From assembly GCA_035575515.1 (NCBI GenBank), contig DATLXU010000067.1, positions 6,519 through 70,518 on the forward strand: a DNA stretch of 64,000 bases, read 5' to 3'. Position 1 is the first letter of the stretch. Each line of letters starts with the position of its first letter. Shown here in pieces: positions 39,029-49,310 of the stretch. This DNA comes from Blastocatellia bacterium (lineage in GTDB: Bacteria > Acidobacteriota > Blastocatellia > UBA7656). The notes under the pieces are model-generated. The model was not told the origin of the DNA. It made no database searches and saw nothing but the letters and a program-made list of their open reading frames with translations. The translations under genes and the position numbers were made by a program.

Positions 39029-39796
39029 ATGATTGACTTTGCCATTCGCGTGGCTCAAGACGCGGGCCGATTGCTCCGCGACCGGCTCGGCACAACTATT
39101 GACATAGGCCACAAAGGCGCAATCAATATCGTCACCGACGTTGACCTGGCGAGCGAGCGGTTGATTCGCGAAGCGATTGCGACGCACTACCCGCGCCACG
39201 AAGTGCTGGCCGAAGAGGGCGGCCTTGCCGAAAGCACGTCGGATTATCGCTGGATTGTTGACCCGTTGGACGGAACAACAAACTACGCGCACGGCTATCC
39301 GATCTTCTGCGTTTCGATTGCGCTCGAATACAAAGGCGAGACGATTCTCGGCGTCGTTTATGATCCTATGCGCGAAGAGGTCTTCACAGCCGAACGCGGC
39401 AGCGGCGCGTGGTTGAACAATCGGCGCATTCGAGTGTCTCAGACTGTTGACTTGATGCAAAGTTTGCTTTCGACTGGCTTCCCTTACGACATCAAAACGT
39501 CGAGCCTGACGAACCTCGATCACTGGGCTAACTTCGCGATGAACGCGCAGGCGCTTCGACGCGACGGCGCGGCGGCGATTGACCTGTGCTACGTTGCATG
39601 CGGCAGGTTTGACGGATTCTGGGAATTGAATCTCAGCCCTTGGGACACAGCAGCAGGCGCGTTGATCGCAGAAGAAGCCGGTGGCCGCATCACCGATTTT
39701 GATGGCGGCAAGTTTTCAAACTACAAGCCGCAAATCGTGGCGAGCAACGGTCTCATTCATGATCGCATGATTGAAGTGCTGGCTATGGCGAAGTAG
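39029..39796 (+). CDS. inositol monophosphatase family protein (SuhB-like)
   Basis: EEGG, WIVDPLDGTTNY and WDTAAG motifs. Confidence 0.85.
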   Translation: MIDFAIRVAQDAGRLLRDRLGTTIDIGHKGAINIVTDVDLASERLIREAIATHYPRHEVLAEEGGLAESTSDYRWIVDPLDGTTNYAHGYPIFCVSIALEYKGETILGVVYDPMREEVFTAERGSGAWLNNRRIRVSQTVDLMQSLLSTGFPYDIKTSSLTNLDHWANFAMNAQALRRDGAAAIDLCYVACGRFDGFWELNLSPWDTAAGALIAEEAGGRITDFDGGKFSNYKPQIVASNGLIHDRMIEVLAMAK

Positions 39797-39799
39797 GTA

Positions 39800-39875
39800 C
39801 CATGTCCTGGGTGCCGGGGATCAATTCCTCATGACCTCTCCCTGACACCCGGCATCTGACACCTGATGTCGAGAG
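39800..39875. repeat. heptamer-built imperfect palindrome (CATGTCC TGGGTGC CGGGGAT ... TGACACC CGGCATC TGACACC TGATGTC)
   Basis: Seen directly in the spacer before thrB. Confidence 0.45.
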
Positions 39876-39878
39876 CGG

Positions 39879-40802
39879 ATGCAAAAAGCTGAAATCACAA
39901 TTCCCGCGTCGACTTCAAATCTGGGCGCGAGCTTTGACGCTTGCGGTCTTGCGCTCGCGCTCTACCTGCGTGTGACGGTTGAAGAGAGCGCGAGCGAGTT
40001 TGAGATAATTCCAACGGGTGAAGGCTCGGAGCGTGTCGAACGCGGCGAATCGAATCTGATTGCGCGGGTTGCTCGCGCGGTGGCCGATGATCGCAAGAGA
40101 AAAATAAGCGGCGCGCGGCTCGCGGTTCACAGCGAGATACCGCTTGCTCGCGGGCTTGGCTCAAGCAGCGCGGCTATCATCGCGGGCATTTCGGTCTATG
40201 AAACCCTTTCAGGCGAGCGATTGAGCGAAGATGATATTTTCAATTACGCGCTTCGGTTTGAAGAGCACGGCGACAACCTCGCGCCCAGCCTTCTTGGCGG
40301 ACTTGTAGCCGCGTGCGTAGTCGAGCGCAATGCCACCCGCTCGCTTGTAACCGTCAAGCGCGCGTGGCCCGAAGAAGTGAAGATAGTTCTCATGGTGCCC
40401 GACTTCGAGATGAACACAGCGGAGATGCGCCGCGCGCTTCCCCGCGAAGTTTCGATGAAGGATGCTGTTTTCAACGTGCAGCGCGCGGCGTTATTACAGG
40501 CTCTGATTTCAGAGCGGCGTTTTGAATTGCTCAATGAAGCGTTGCGCGATAGACTTCATCAGCCGTATCGCGTGCCGCGCGCACAGGGACTCAGCGATGT
40601 GCTTGCGATGAATGACGAAGTCGAGGAGTATCGCGGCTTGCTCGGCGTTGCCGTGAGCGGCGCGGGTTCAACTATGGTCGCGTTTGCAACGGAGAATTTT
40701 TCGGCCATAGCCGATGAGATGATTGACCGGCTCGCCCGTCACGGCGTCGGCTCGCGCGCGCTTCAGGTCGCCGTCGACAACACGGGCCGCATAATCAAAT
40801 GA
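39879..40802 (+). CDS. thrB: homoserine kinase
   Basis: GHMP-kinase motifs [19 protein letters not shown] and [13 protein letters not shown]. Confidence 0.85.
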   Translation: MQKAEITIPASTSNLGASFDACGLALALYLRVTVEESASEFEIIPTGEGSERVERGESNLIARVARAVADDRKRKISGARLAVHSEIPLARGLGSSSAAIIAGISVYETLSGERLSEDDIFNYALRFEEHGDNLAPSLLGGLVAACVVERNATRSLVTVKRAWPEEVKIVLMVPDFEMNTAEMRRALPREVSMKDAVFNVQRAALLQALISERRFELLNEALRDRLHQPYRVPRAQGLSDVLAMNDEVEEYRGLLGVAVSGAGSTMVAFATENFSAIADEMIDRLARHGVGSRALQVAVDNTGRIIK

Positions 40803-40812
40803 AGGTGAAGAA

Positions 40813-41808
40813 GTGAACGCTTATATTTTAACCGCCGCTCTTTTGATGACGCTGTCTCTGAACGGATGCCAGGACGTGATGATAAATGACAGAGCCACGC
40901 AGCCATCTTCAAGCGGGCAGGTCGAAAAAGAGACGCCCGCGCCGCAGGTGAGCGCAGAGTTTCGTCCCGTCATCGCGCAGCTCGCTTCCGAAGGCTTGCG
41001 GCTGAAAGAGGCTCTGGGAGCCGATTTGGAGGCGGGCACACATCATCTCGCCGCCATTTTTCAAAACACGAAAAAGAAAGAAGCGTTTCAGGAATACGAA
41101 TTCAGAATAATCGAAAGCGACGGGCGAGCGGCTAAAACCATCTATCGCCGCGCGGAGTTCTTTTACTCGTTCGATCTCGACGACGCGGAAGCAAACAAGC
41201 TCAACGGCACAGACATCAACGGCGACGGCATCAAGGAAATCATTGTGCAGAGTTCGAGCGGGGGAAACTGCTGGAGTTGCAACCCGACGGAAATCTATCA
41301 GGTGAAGAATCACAAGGCAGAGCTTATAGCAGCGGGTCCCGTGCAGAAGATTGTTGATCTTAACAAAGACGGCGTTCAGGAACTTGTCATAACCGACGCC
41401 CGATGGGAAGCATACGATGACTTTTCGCACGCGTCCGCGCCGGGAGCATTTATCATCTATACATGGCGAAATGGCAAGTACGTTTATGCCTCGCGCGATT
41501 TTCCGGATTACTACAAAACCGAAATAGAGCGACTGCGCAAGGAGATCGAACAGGCGAAAGCCGACATCACTGCGGATGAGCTTTCAGACGAATCTTACAC
41601 AGGTCTGGCCGTCTCGCTTGCAATCACCTACGCGCACGCGGGCGACGTGGAGCGCGGGCTGAAAGAACTGGAGACGCTGCTCAATTCAAATGTGAAATCG
41701 CCCGCGCAGGCGAAACATCGCGCGGAGATACTTGAAGATTTTCGCAAAGGCGAAAGCAATGCGAAGCTGCGCGAGATGAAGCCGGGCGACCCCATGCCGC
41801 TCGGATGA
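40813..41808 (+). CDS. hypothetical lipoprotein
   Basis: Signal peptide ending LSLNGC (lipobox-like). No family recognised. Confidence 0.5.
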   Translation: MNAYILTAALLMTLSLNGCQDVMINDRATQPSSSGQVEKETPAPQVSAEFRPVIAQLASEGLRLKEALGADLEAGTHHLAAIFQNTKKKEAFQEYEFRIIESDGRAAKTIYRRAEFFYSFDLDDAEANKLNGTDINGDGIKEIIVQSSSGGNCWSCNPTEIYQVKNHKAELIAAGPVQKIVDLNKDGVQELVITDARWEAYDDFSHASAPGAFIIYTWRNGKYVYASRDFPDYYKTEIERLRKEIEQAKADITADELSDESYTGLAVSLAITYAHAGDVERGLKELETLLNSNVKSPAQAKHRAEILEDFRKGESNAKLREMKPGDPMPLG

Positions 41809-41841
41809 AGAGAACGTCGCCGGGATGAGCGTGGTTGCGCT

Positions 41842-42594
41842 TTGCCCGCTGATTCTCTGCTGGTTCAGGATGATTGCATGGAGCACGAGCACACGCCTGA
41901 AGCGATAAAAGAAAGGCTGCGCGCGGGACCGCGACACAGCTACTTGCGCGATTGGGTTTATGGCGGAATTGACGGTTCGGTCACTACGTTTGCAGTAGTC
42001 GCGGGCGTCGTTGGCGCGCAGCTTTCAACCGGAGTCATTCTCATAATCGGCGCGGCCAACATCATCGCTGATGGTTTCTCGATGGCCGCGAGCAACTTCT
42101 TGGGCACGCGCACCGAGCACGAAGAGATAAAAAACATCGAAGCCATCGAGCGCCGTCACATCAAAGATTTTCCCGAAGGCGAGCGCGAAGAGGTGCGCCA
42201 GATTTTTCGCGACAAAGGCTTCGAGGGCGAAACGCTTCAGCGCATAGTTGATTCGATAACAAGCAATAGGGAAATCTGGGTGCGCACGATGCTCACGGAA
42301 GAATACGGGCTGCCGCGCGAAGTGCGCTCGCCGTGGCTCGCCGCCGCAAGCACTTTCAGCGCGTTTATGCTCTGCGGGCTTGTGCCGCTGCTCCCATTCA
42401 TCTTTGGAGCGGCAAACGCGTTCTTGCTCTCGATTGTCTTAACGGGCCTTGTGTTTTTTGTTATCGGCTCAATCAAAAGCATCTGGTCAACTGTCGCGTG
42501 GTGGCGCTCAGGACTTGAGACGCTCATTGTAGGCTCGATGGCCGCCGCTCTCGCTTACGCGGCTGGCATTGTGCTGAAAGGGTTCGGCGGGTAG
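41842..42594 (+). CDS. VIT1/CCC1-family (vacuolar iron transporter-like) membrane protein
   Basis: YLRDWVYGGIDGSVTTFAVVAGV and the C-terminal TM bundle. Alternative start at 41878. Confidence 0.75.
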   Translation: MPADSLLVQDDCMEHEHTPEAIKERLRAGPRHSYLRDWVYGGIDGSVTTFAVVAGVVGAQLSTGVILIIGAANIIADGFSMAASNFLGTRTEHEEIKNIEAIERRHIKDFPEGEREEVRQIFRDKGFEGETLQRIVDSITSNREIWVRTMLTEEYGLPREVRSPWLAAASTFSAFMLCGLVPLLPFIFGAANAFLLSIVLTGLVFFVIGSIKSIWSTVAWWRSGLETLIVGSMAAALAYAAGIVLKGFGG

Positions 42595-42604
42595 CAACTC
42601 GCGT

Positions 42605-43402
42605 TTAGCTTTCTTTGACGGCAACGACTCTGAGCCTTCGATAATCAATGAACCATTTGCCATCTCGAAACAATGTGGGCCGCAACTCGTCTTTGACGGC
42701 TCGAATGATTCCATCGCGCTCGCTTGCTGGCACTGCGCTCATCTCGTTATCTGCAAAGACTTCGAGCCAATTGCGCAAACCATCGTCGCCGCCTTCAAGC
42801 GCAGTAGGACGCTCGAAGTGATAAGCCTTCCTCACGCTCAGTCTGTGATGTTCCAAAAGAGTCGCGTACTCGCCTACGCTCGGATAATACCGAAACGCCG
42901 CTTCTTCGCTGACAGTGTAGCCCGCCGCTTCGATTGCTCGATGCAGAGCCGCTTTCACGGCGCGCAAGTTTCCTTTGCCTCCAAACTCCGCGACAAATCG
43001 CCCGCCCGCTTTCAACGCGCGCGAGATTGATTCAGTCAGCGAGTCTTGATCCTTTATCCAGTGAATCGCTGCGTTCGAGAAGATGGCATCGAAGGATTCA
43101 TCAAAACGAAAGTTGGTCGCGTTCATTAGCTCGAATTGCAAATCAGGATAACTCTTTCGCGCTTGCTCAAGCATAGCGGGCGAAATGTCTATGCCGACGA
43201 CGCGAGCGCCGCGCCGCGCAATCTCTGCCGTGAGGTGGCCCGTGCCGCAACCGATGTCGAGTATCTGCTCTCCCTCGCGCGGCGCGAGAAACTCGATCAC
43301 GCCCGCGCCGTACTTCCACACGAACGAGTGCCCGCCATCATAACGCGCTGCGTCCCATTGCTTTTCGGATGTTGATTGAGTGCTGCCTGTTTCGTCTTGC
43401 AT
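42605..43402 (-). CDS. class I SAM-dependent methyltransferase (Tam/trans-aconitate MTase-like)
   Basis: ILDIGCGTGHLT motif I and the downstream motifs. Confidence 0.75.
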   Translation of the reverse strand: MQDETGSTQSTSEKQWDAARYDGGHSFVWKYGAGVIEFLAPREGEQILDIGCGTGHLTAEIARRGARVVGIDISPAMLEQARKSYPDLQFELMNATNFRFDESFDAIFSNAAIHWIKDQDSLTESISRALKAGGRFVAEFGGKGNLRAVKAALHRAIEAAGYTVSEEAAFRYYPSVGEYATLLEHHRLSVRKAYHFERPTALEGGDDGLRNWLEVFADNEMSAVPASERDGIIRAVKDELRPTLFRDGKWFIDYRRLRVVAVKES

Positions 43403-43405
43403 GGC

Positions 43406-44317
43406 TCATCCTATCGGCCTTCGCTCAATGAAGCTTTCTATGTGCGCCGCGATCTCATCGCCTTTTTCTTCCTGGAGGAAATGGCCCGCGTCGTAAATCG
43501 TTATCTCAGGCTCGCGGCTCGCCGTTGGAATCAGCTTGCGAAAGAAACGATCTCCGCCCGCCGTCACGGGGTCTTTGTCAGAAAACATCACGAGCGCGGG
43601 CTTCGTCCATCGGGATAACGCTTCGCGCGTCTCACGCATCTCGCGCGCGCCCGGCTGATCATATTCAATCGGCACAAGCTGCGGGAACATCTGCGCGCCC
43701 GCTTTGTACGAAGCGTCGGGAAACGGCGCGTCATAAGCAGCAACTATTTCATCGGTGATTAGCTCAGGATGCGCCGCGCTTCGTTTGATTATCTGCCCGA
43801 CGGGAAGGTCCTCTGTCCTCATCGCGTAAGCGCGCCATCGCATGAAGCCTTCGCTCGGAGGCACGTCGCCCGTCGGCAGCCCCGTGTTCATTATCACGAG
43901 CCGCGCAAATCGTTCGGGCATCTCGGTCGCAACGCGCAGCCCTATTATTCCGCCCCAGTCCTGAACGACCGCCGTAATATTTTTCAGATCGAGTTGCTTA
44001 ATGAACGCGGCAACGGTGCCGCGATGCATCTCAAACGAGTAGGCTTGGCGCTCGGCAAATTTATCTGAGCGGCCAAATCCGATGAAGTCCATCGCGATGA
44101 CTCGATGTCGTCTGCTCAAGGTCGGAATCATCCTGCGATACAGGTACGACCACGACGGCTCGCCGTGCAAACATAAAATGGTTTCGCCCGCGCCTTCGTC
44201 AACGTAATGCACCCGTGCGCCGTTTATTTCCGTGTATCGCGGCTCAAATGTCCAGCCGGGCAAGTTTGCAAATCGCTCATCTGGCGTGCGAAGAATTTTC
44301 ATCGCGGCTCCTCTCAT
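43406..44317 (-). CDS. haloalkane dehalogenase (alpha/beta-hydrolase, DhlA/HLD-I type)
   Basis: ILRTPDERFANLPGW...LCLHGEPSWSYLYRRMIP...DFIGFGRSDK...VVQDWGG is near-collinear with DhlA. Confidence 0.8.
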   Translation of the reverse strand: MRGAAMKILRTPDERFANLPGWTFEPRYTEINGARVHYVDEGAGETILCLHGEPSWSYLYRRMIPTLSRRHRVIAMDFIGFGRSDKFAERQAYSFEMHRGTVAAFIKQLDLKNITAVVQDWGGIIGLRVATEMPERFARLVIMNTGLPTGDVPPSEGFMRWRAYAMRTEDLPVGQIIKRSAAHPELITDEIVAAYDAPFPDASYKAGAQMFPQLVPIEYDQPGAREMRETREALSRWTKPALVMFSDKDPVTAGGDRFFRKLIPTASREPEITIYDAGHFLQEEKGDEIAAHIESFIERRPIG

Positions 44318-44331
44318 CGAATTGATAAACC

Positions 44332-45156
44332 TTACAGCCCGCCCGTGACCTCAAGCACCTGGCCTGAAACGTAATCAGAAAGCGGCGACGCAAAGAACAA
44401 TATCGCGCCTGCTGCCTCCTGGACTGTTCCCGCGCGGCCCATCGGAATCATCGGAGTTGTCCGCTCAAGCCTCTCGGCAGGGATGCCGACTGCAATCTCC
44501 GCATCGCCGCGCTTGATGGTTTCGCCTTTCTCTTTCGCTTGCGTGAGCCGCGTGTCAATGCGCCCGAACGCTACGGCATTGACCTGAATGTTGAACTGGC
44601 CCCATTCTTTCGCAAGCGTTTTGGTCAGCCCCACAACGCCTGCTTTAGCCGACGAATAATTCGCCTGCCCCGCGTTGCCTCGCGTTCCAGAAGTTGAGCT
44701 GATGTTTACGATCTTGCGGGCACGGGCCTCGCCGCGCTCGGCCTTCTCGCGCCTGGCAGTCTCGCGCAAGAAAGAAGACGCCGCGCGGATGATGCGAAAC
44801 GGCGCGGTCAGGTGAACCGCGAGAATCGCTTCCCACTGCTCGTCGCTCATCTTGTGGATCACTGCATCCCACGTGTAGCCAGCGTTGTTGACGATGATGT
44901 CAAGGCCACCGAATCTTTCAATCGCGGTGTTCACTATCAACTGAGGAAACGCCGGGTCGGTCACATCGCCCGGCACACTCAGCCCTTGCCCGCCTGCCTC
45001 CAAAACGGCTCCCAGAGCCGATTCTGCGGGTTCAGGGTCAATGTCGCTAAGGACTACGCGAGCGCCGTGACGAGCGAATAACTCCGCCGTCGCGCGCCCA
45101 ATGCCGCGCCCCGCGCCTGTGATGATTGCTCTCTTTCCTTCAAGCAAGCCTTCCAC
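44332..45156 (-). CDS. SDR-family oxidoreductase
   Basis: TGAGRGIGRA, NNAG, YSSAKAG motifs. Confidence 0.85.
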   Translation of the reverse strand: MEGLLEGKRAIITGAGRGIGRATAELFARHGARVVLSDIDPEPAESALGAVLEAGGQGLSVPGDVTDPAFPQLIVNTAIERFGGLDIIVNNAGYTWDAVIHKMSDEQWEAILAVHLTAPFRIIRAASSFLRETARREKAERGEARARKIVNISSTSGTRGNAGQANYSSAKAGVVGLTKTLAKEWGQFNIQVNAVAFGRIDTRLTQAKEKGETIKRGDAEIAVGIPAERLERTTPMIPMGRAGTVQEAAGAILFFASPLSDYVSGQVLEVTGGL

Positions 45157-45166
45157 GGTTATCCTC

Positions 45167-46192
45167 CTACTTCTTAAAAATTGATTTCGGTATCATCGCG
45201 TGCACGCCTTTGTTGCCGTCAACGAGTTGCGTGATGTGCAGGTCAGCCGCGACGCTCGAAAGCATATAGGCGTCATCACGCGAGAGTCCTTTTTGCGTGA
45301 CGAGAAAATCTATCATCTCGCGCAGAGCCATCTTCGTCGCTTCGTTGAGGTCTTCGTGAATGCCCATCGTGATGAAGTGCGTCGGCGTTTCCGCGCGCGG
45401 CCATTTCAAATGCATGTCCTTGCGCACGATTAATTGAAAAGTTCCGATGAGCGAAGTCTCAAGCGCGGTGATGTCAACTTCGCCGTCGCCCTGACCGGCG
45501 TGGCCATCGCCGGCAAGGAATAACGCGCCTGCAACGTGAACAGGAATATAAAGAGTCGTGCCCGCGACAAGCTCTTTATTGTCGAGGTTGCCCGCGTGAA
45601 TCCATGGGGGCGCGCTGCTTATGCGACCCGACACTTCGGGCGGAGCGACGCCGAGACTTCCGAAGAACGGGCGCAATGGTATTTCAATGTTATCGCTGAA
45701 CTGAGCGACCATGCGCCGCTCGTCGAGCGGAATTATTTTCATTCGCGCGTAAGGAAAATCTTCGGGCAGATAGCCGCGACCCGGCCCGAACGCGTTGTAG
45801 GCGTAAGGAATCGCAAGTTTGATCTCTTTGATTCTGACTTCGAGCACGTCGCCGGGACTCGCGCCTTCGACATAGATCGGCCCTGTGAGTATGTGGCCGC
45901 CCGGCCCTTTATTGGTGACTTCTTTGTAAATGTCGCGCAGAGATTGCTCGACCTGTTCAGGTGGAACTCCCGCCGATTCGAGCCGCGTCGGGCTTGAAGT
46001 TATCAGCGTTTGAACCTCAACGGTGTCGCCGGATTTCACGCGCAGCGCTGGCGGAGTGCTCGCGTCGTAATAACCCCATGCTACGGTTTTTGGTGTCGGC
46101 TTCAGCTTGTGCGTTGCTTGCGCGCGGGCCGTTGTTTCAAAAGCAACGAGCGTGAGCGCGCAAACAGCAAACATGGCAATTCGCTTCATAGC
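45167..46192 (-). CDS. acetamidase/formamidase (FmdA/AmdA) family protein, secreted
   Basis: GGAGGAG Shine-Dalgarno before ATG 46192, signal peptide MKRIAMFAVCALTLVAFETTARA, and an FmdA_AmdA-like core. The longest ORF extends to 46240. Confidence 0.7.
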   Translation of the reverse strand, partial: AMKRIAMFAVCALTLVAFETTARAQATHKLKPTPKTVAWGYYDASTPPALRVKSGDTVEVQTLITSSPTRLESAGVPPEQVEQSLRDIYKEVTNKGPGGHILTGPIYVEGASPGDVLEVRIKEIKLAIPYAYNAFGPGRGYLPEDFPYARMKIIPLDERRMVAQFSDNIEIPLRPFFGSLGVAPPEVSGRISSAPPWIHAGNLDNKELVAGTTLYIPVHVAGALFLAGDGHAGQGDGEVDITALETSLIGTFQLIVRKDMHLKWPRAETPTHFITMGIHEDLNEATKMALREMIDFLVTQKGLSRDDAYMLSSVAADLHITQLVDGNKGVHAMIPKSIFKK

Positions 46193-46315
46193 TTCTCCTC
46201 GCGGTGAAGAATGTATGACGTGCGTTGCCGAGTCTATCATAATGCATTGCTCTTGTTTAATCTCTCGAATATCATTTTCCGGTCAAAGCCATTATTTTAT
46301 TAACGAGGTTAATCA

Positions 46316-47062
46316 ATGAAAGGAATTGTACTTGCAGGAGGATTAGGCACGAGGCTCGCGCCATTGACCCGGATTTCGAACAAACATTTATTGCCGATTT
46401 ATGACCAGCCGATGATCTACTATCCGATTCAAACGCTGATTGAAGCGGGTATCACCGAAATTCTCATCGTAACGGGCGGCAACAGCGCGGGCGATTTCTT
46501 GAAATTACTGCGCAACGGAGCTGAGTTTGGACTGCGGCGCGTTCACTATGCTTATCAGGAAGGCGAAGGCGGAATCGCGGCGGCGCTCTCGCTGGCCGAA
46601 GACTTCGCCGATGGCGGGCCGATTTGTGTTGTGCTTGGCGATAACATTCTGGAGAACAGCATTGCGCCTTACGTGAAGAAGTTTCGCCATCAGGGAGTGG
46701 GCGCGAAGATACTGCTTTCAGAAGTTCCAGACCCGCAGCGATTCGGCGTGCCTGTGATAGAAGATGGCCACATAGTTCGCATTGAAGAAAAACCTGCCGA
46801 TCCGAAATCGCCCTACGCCGTCATCGGCGTTTATATGTACGACAATCGCGTCTTCGACATAATCAAAACGCTCAAGCCGAGCGGGCGAGGCGAGCTTGAA
46901 ATAACCGACGTGAACAACGCATACATCGAGTCGGGCGATTTGACGTGGGACGTGATTAACGGCTGGTGGACCGACGCAGGCACATTTGACAGTTTGCTTC
47001 ACGCATCGAACCTCGTGGCCGAGATGCGCGCCCGCAAATCGAAAATCGCAAGCGGCGATTAA
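46316..47062 (+). CDS. sugar-phosphate nucleotidyltransferase (RmlA/GlmU-N-like)
   Basis: MKGIVLAGGLGTRLAPLT nucleotide-binding motif. Confidence 0.8.
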   Translation: MKGIVLAGGLGTRLAPLTRISNKHLLPIYDQPMIYYPIQTLIEAGITEILIVTGGNSAGDFLKLLRNGAEFGLRRVHYAYQEGEGGIAAALSLAEDFADGGPICVVLGDNILENSIAPYVKKFRHQGVGAKILLSEVPDPQRFGVPVIEDGHIVRIEEKPADPKSPYAVIGVYMYDNRVFDIIKTLKPSGRGELEITDVNNAYIESGDLTWDVINGWWTDAGTFDSLLHASNLVAEMRARKSKIASGD

Positions 47063-47086
47063 GGAACAATAGCGCGGAGGTGGACG

Positions 47087-49249
47087 ATGTTGAGAAGAGT
47101 TGGATTGCATAATAAGCCGTTGGCTTTGTTTTGCCTTGCGCTTGTCGCATGGTGCATCAGCATCGCAAGTCTGTCGCGCGTTATCGCAAACAGCGATGCT
47201 TTGCAATCCATTCAAAGCGCGCAGCCGAGCCGTCGAGCAATTGAATTGAAGGATTACTACGCAATCGAGAGCGCCGATGGTCCCGCCATCTCGCCCGATG
47301 GCCGATGGGTCGCCTTCACTCGGACATACATCGTCGAAGCGGAGAATCGCCGCCAGAGCGAAGTATGGCTTGCGCCCGCTGACGGCTCCGCAGCCGCTGT
47401 GCGAATCACAAGTCCCGCGTTCAGCTCATCGAACCCTCGCTGGAGTCCCGATGGCAAGCTGCTCGCCTTCACTTCGCGCCGCAAGGTTGCGGGCGATGAA
47501 GAATCAGCAGTCTGGTTTCTCAGGATGGACGAGCCGCGCGGCGAAGCTTTTCAAATTGCGGGCGTCGGCGGCGCGCCAATCTTCAGCCCCGATAATCAAT
47601 GGATAGCTTTCACAAAACGAACGCCGCCCGAAACGAAAACGAAGAAGCAATACGCATCGGATTTCGAGCGGCAGATTGATGAGCGATTCAAGGGGCGCAT
47701 CTACGATTGGATGAATTATCGCTTCGACGGGCGAGGCTACCTCGCGGACCCGCGCGATTCGTCTGCCACTCCGCCTGAAGAACTCTACATCGTGCCGCGA
47801 GCGGGCGGCGCGCCGCGTCAACTTACGCGGCTCGGCGTTAATGTGCAATCCGCCGCGTGGCGGCCCGACAGCAGCGCGCTCGCGATCATTGCAAACGAGC
47901 GCGAGCGCGATGAATACACTTATGAAAGGGCGGATATCTGGATTGCCGCGCTCGATGGAAAAATCAACCGGCTCACGAATGACGGGTACGATCACAGCGC
48001 GGCTTCGTGGTCGCCCGATGGCCGCTCGATAGTCTTTCTGCGCGAGCAGAGCCTGAATGAGATCATCAAATCGAAGCAGGATCACGGCTCGGCGGTTGAT
48101 ATTTATCGTATGCCCGCAGACGGCGGCGAGATGAAGAATCTAACAGCCGAATGGGATTTGATTCCGAGCGCGCCGCGCTGGAGCGCCGATGGCCGTTGGG
48201 TTTATTTCAGCGGCGGCATCGGCGGAAACAATCACCTGTTTCGAGTGAAAGCGGGCGGCGGCGCGGTGGAGCAAATCACTCAGGGCGACCGCATGCTAAC
48301 GGGCTTTAGCATTTCGAGCGCGTTTGATCGAATCGCGTATGCGGCTTCGGACGCCACACATCCATCGGAAGTTTTTTCAGCGCGCATTGACGGCGCAGGC
48401 GAAAAGAAGCTCTCTGCGCTGAACGACAAAATGTTGAATGAAGTACGACTGAGCCGCGCGGAGCGAATTTCGTTTTCGAGCAGAGACGGAACGCAGATTG
48501 AAGGCTGGGTGGTGTTGCCGCGCGGCTACGATGCTGAGAAAAGTTCTTTCCCGCTAATCCTCAGCATTCACGGCGGGCCGCACGGCGCATACGGCAACAG
48601 CTTCTCGTTTCAGTTTCAACTCTGGGCCGCAAACGGCTACCTGGTCGTTTACACGAACCCGCGAGGCTCTACGGGCTACGGCGAAAAGTTTCTGTGGGCG
48701 ACGTGGGGCGGCTGGGGCGCGAAGGATTACGAAGACGTGATGGCGGGCGTTGATTACGTCGTGAAGCATTATCGCATTGATGAAAAACGTATGGGCGTGA
48801 CCGGATATTCTTACGGCGGCTTTCTTACGAACTGGATAATCACGCAGACGGATCGCTTCGCGGCGGCAATCACAGGCGCGGGGATTTCAAACTGGTTAAG
48901 CGATTACGGCACGGCTGACATCCCGCGCACGAAAGAGAGCGAGTTCTTCGGCTCGCCGTGGGAGCCGCGAGGGCGTGAGCTGTTGACGAAGTACTCGCCG
49001 GTTTATTACGCTGCGAACGTGAAGACGCCGACGCTGTTCATTCACGGCGAATCGGATTTAAGAGTTCCGATAGAGCAAGGTGAGCAGATGTATACGGCGT
49101 TGAAGAAGCGGCGCGTGCCTGCGCGCTTCATACGATACCCCGATTCGTATCATGGCGGCTGGAGTCCGTGGAATATGATTCATCGGTATTACAACGAATT
49201 GAAATGGTTGGGCGAGTACCTGACCCTGAATCGAGCCGCGATGCAATAG
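47087..49249 (+). CDS. S9-family serine peptidase (acylaminoacyl-peptidase / prolyl oligopeptidase type), secreted
   Basis: N-terminal beta-propeller repeats (SPDG..., WSPDG...) and a C-terminal alpha/beta hydrolase with GYSYGG and a His near the C-terminus. Confidence 0.85.
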   Translation: MLRRVGLHNKPLALFCLALVAWCISIASLSRVIANSDALQSIQSAQPSRRAIELKDYYAIESADGPAISPDGRWVAFTRTYIVEAENRRQSEVWLAPADGSAAAVRITSPAFSSSNPRWSPDGKLLAFTSRRKVAGDEESAVWFLRMDEPRGEAFQIAGVGGAPIFSPDNQWIAFTKRTPPETKTKKQYASDFERQIDERFKGRIYDWMNYRFDGRGYLADPRDSSATPPEELYIVPRAGGAPRQLTRLGVNVQSAAWRPDSSALAIIANERERDEYTYERADIWIAALDGKINRLTNDGYDHSAASWSPDGRSIVFLREQSLNEIIKSKQDHGSAVDIYRMPADGGEMKNLTAEWDLIPSAPRWSADGRWVYFSGGIGGNNHLFRVKAGGGAVEQITQGDRMLTGFSISSAFDRIAYAASDATHPSEVFSARIDGAGEKKLSALNDKMLNEVRLSRAERISFSSRDGTQIEGWVVLPRGYDAEKSSFPLILSIHGGPHGAYGNSFSFQFQLWAANGYLVVYTNPRGSTGYGEKFLWATWGGWGAKDYEDVMAGVDYVVKHYRIDEKRMGVTGYSYGGFLTNWIITQTDRFAAAITGAGISNWLSDYGTADIPRTKESEFFGSPWEPRGRELLTKYSPVYYAANVKTPTLFIHGESDLRVPIEQGEQMYTALKKRRVPARFIRYPDSYHGGWSPWNMIHRYYNELKWLGEYLTLNRAAMQ

Positions 49250-49310
49250 AGATGCGCCCGGTTCCTACTGCAAAGTCGAAAGCGTTTTCCGGCCTCAATC
49301 AGTTGCTACG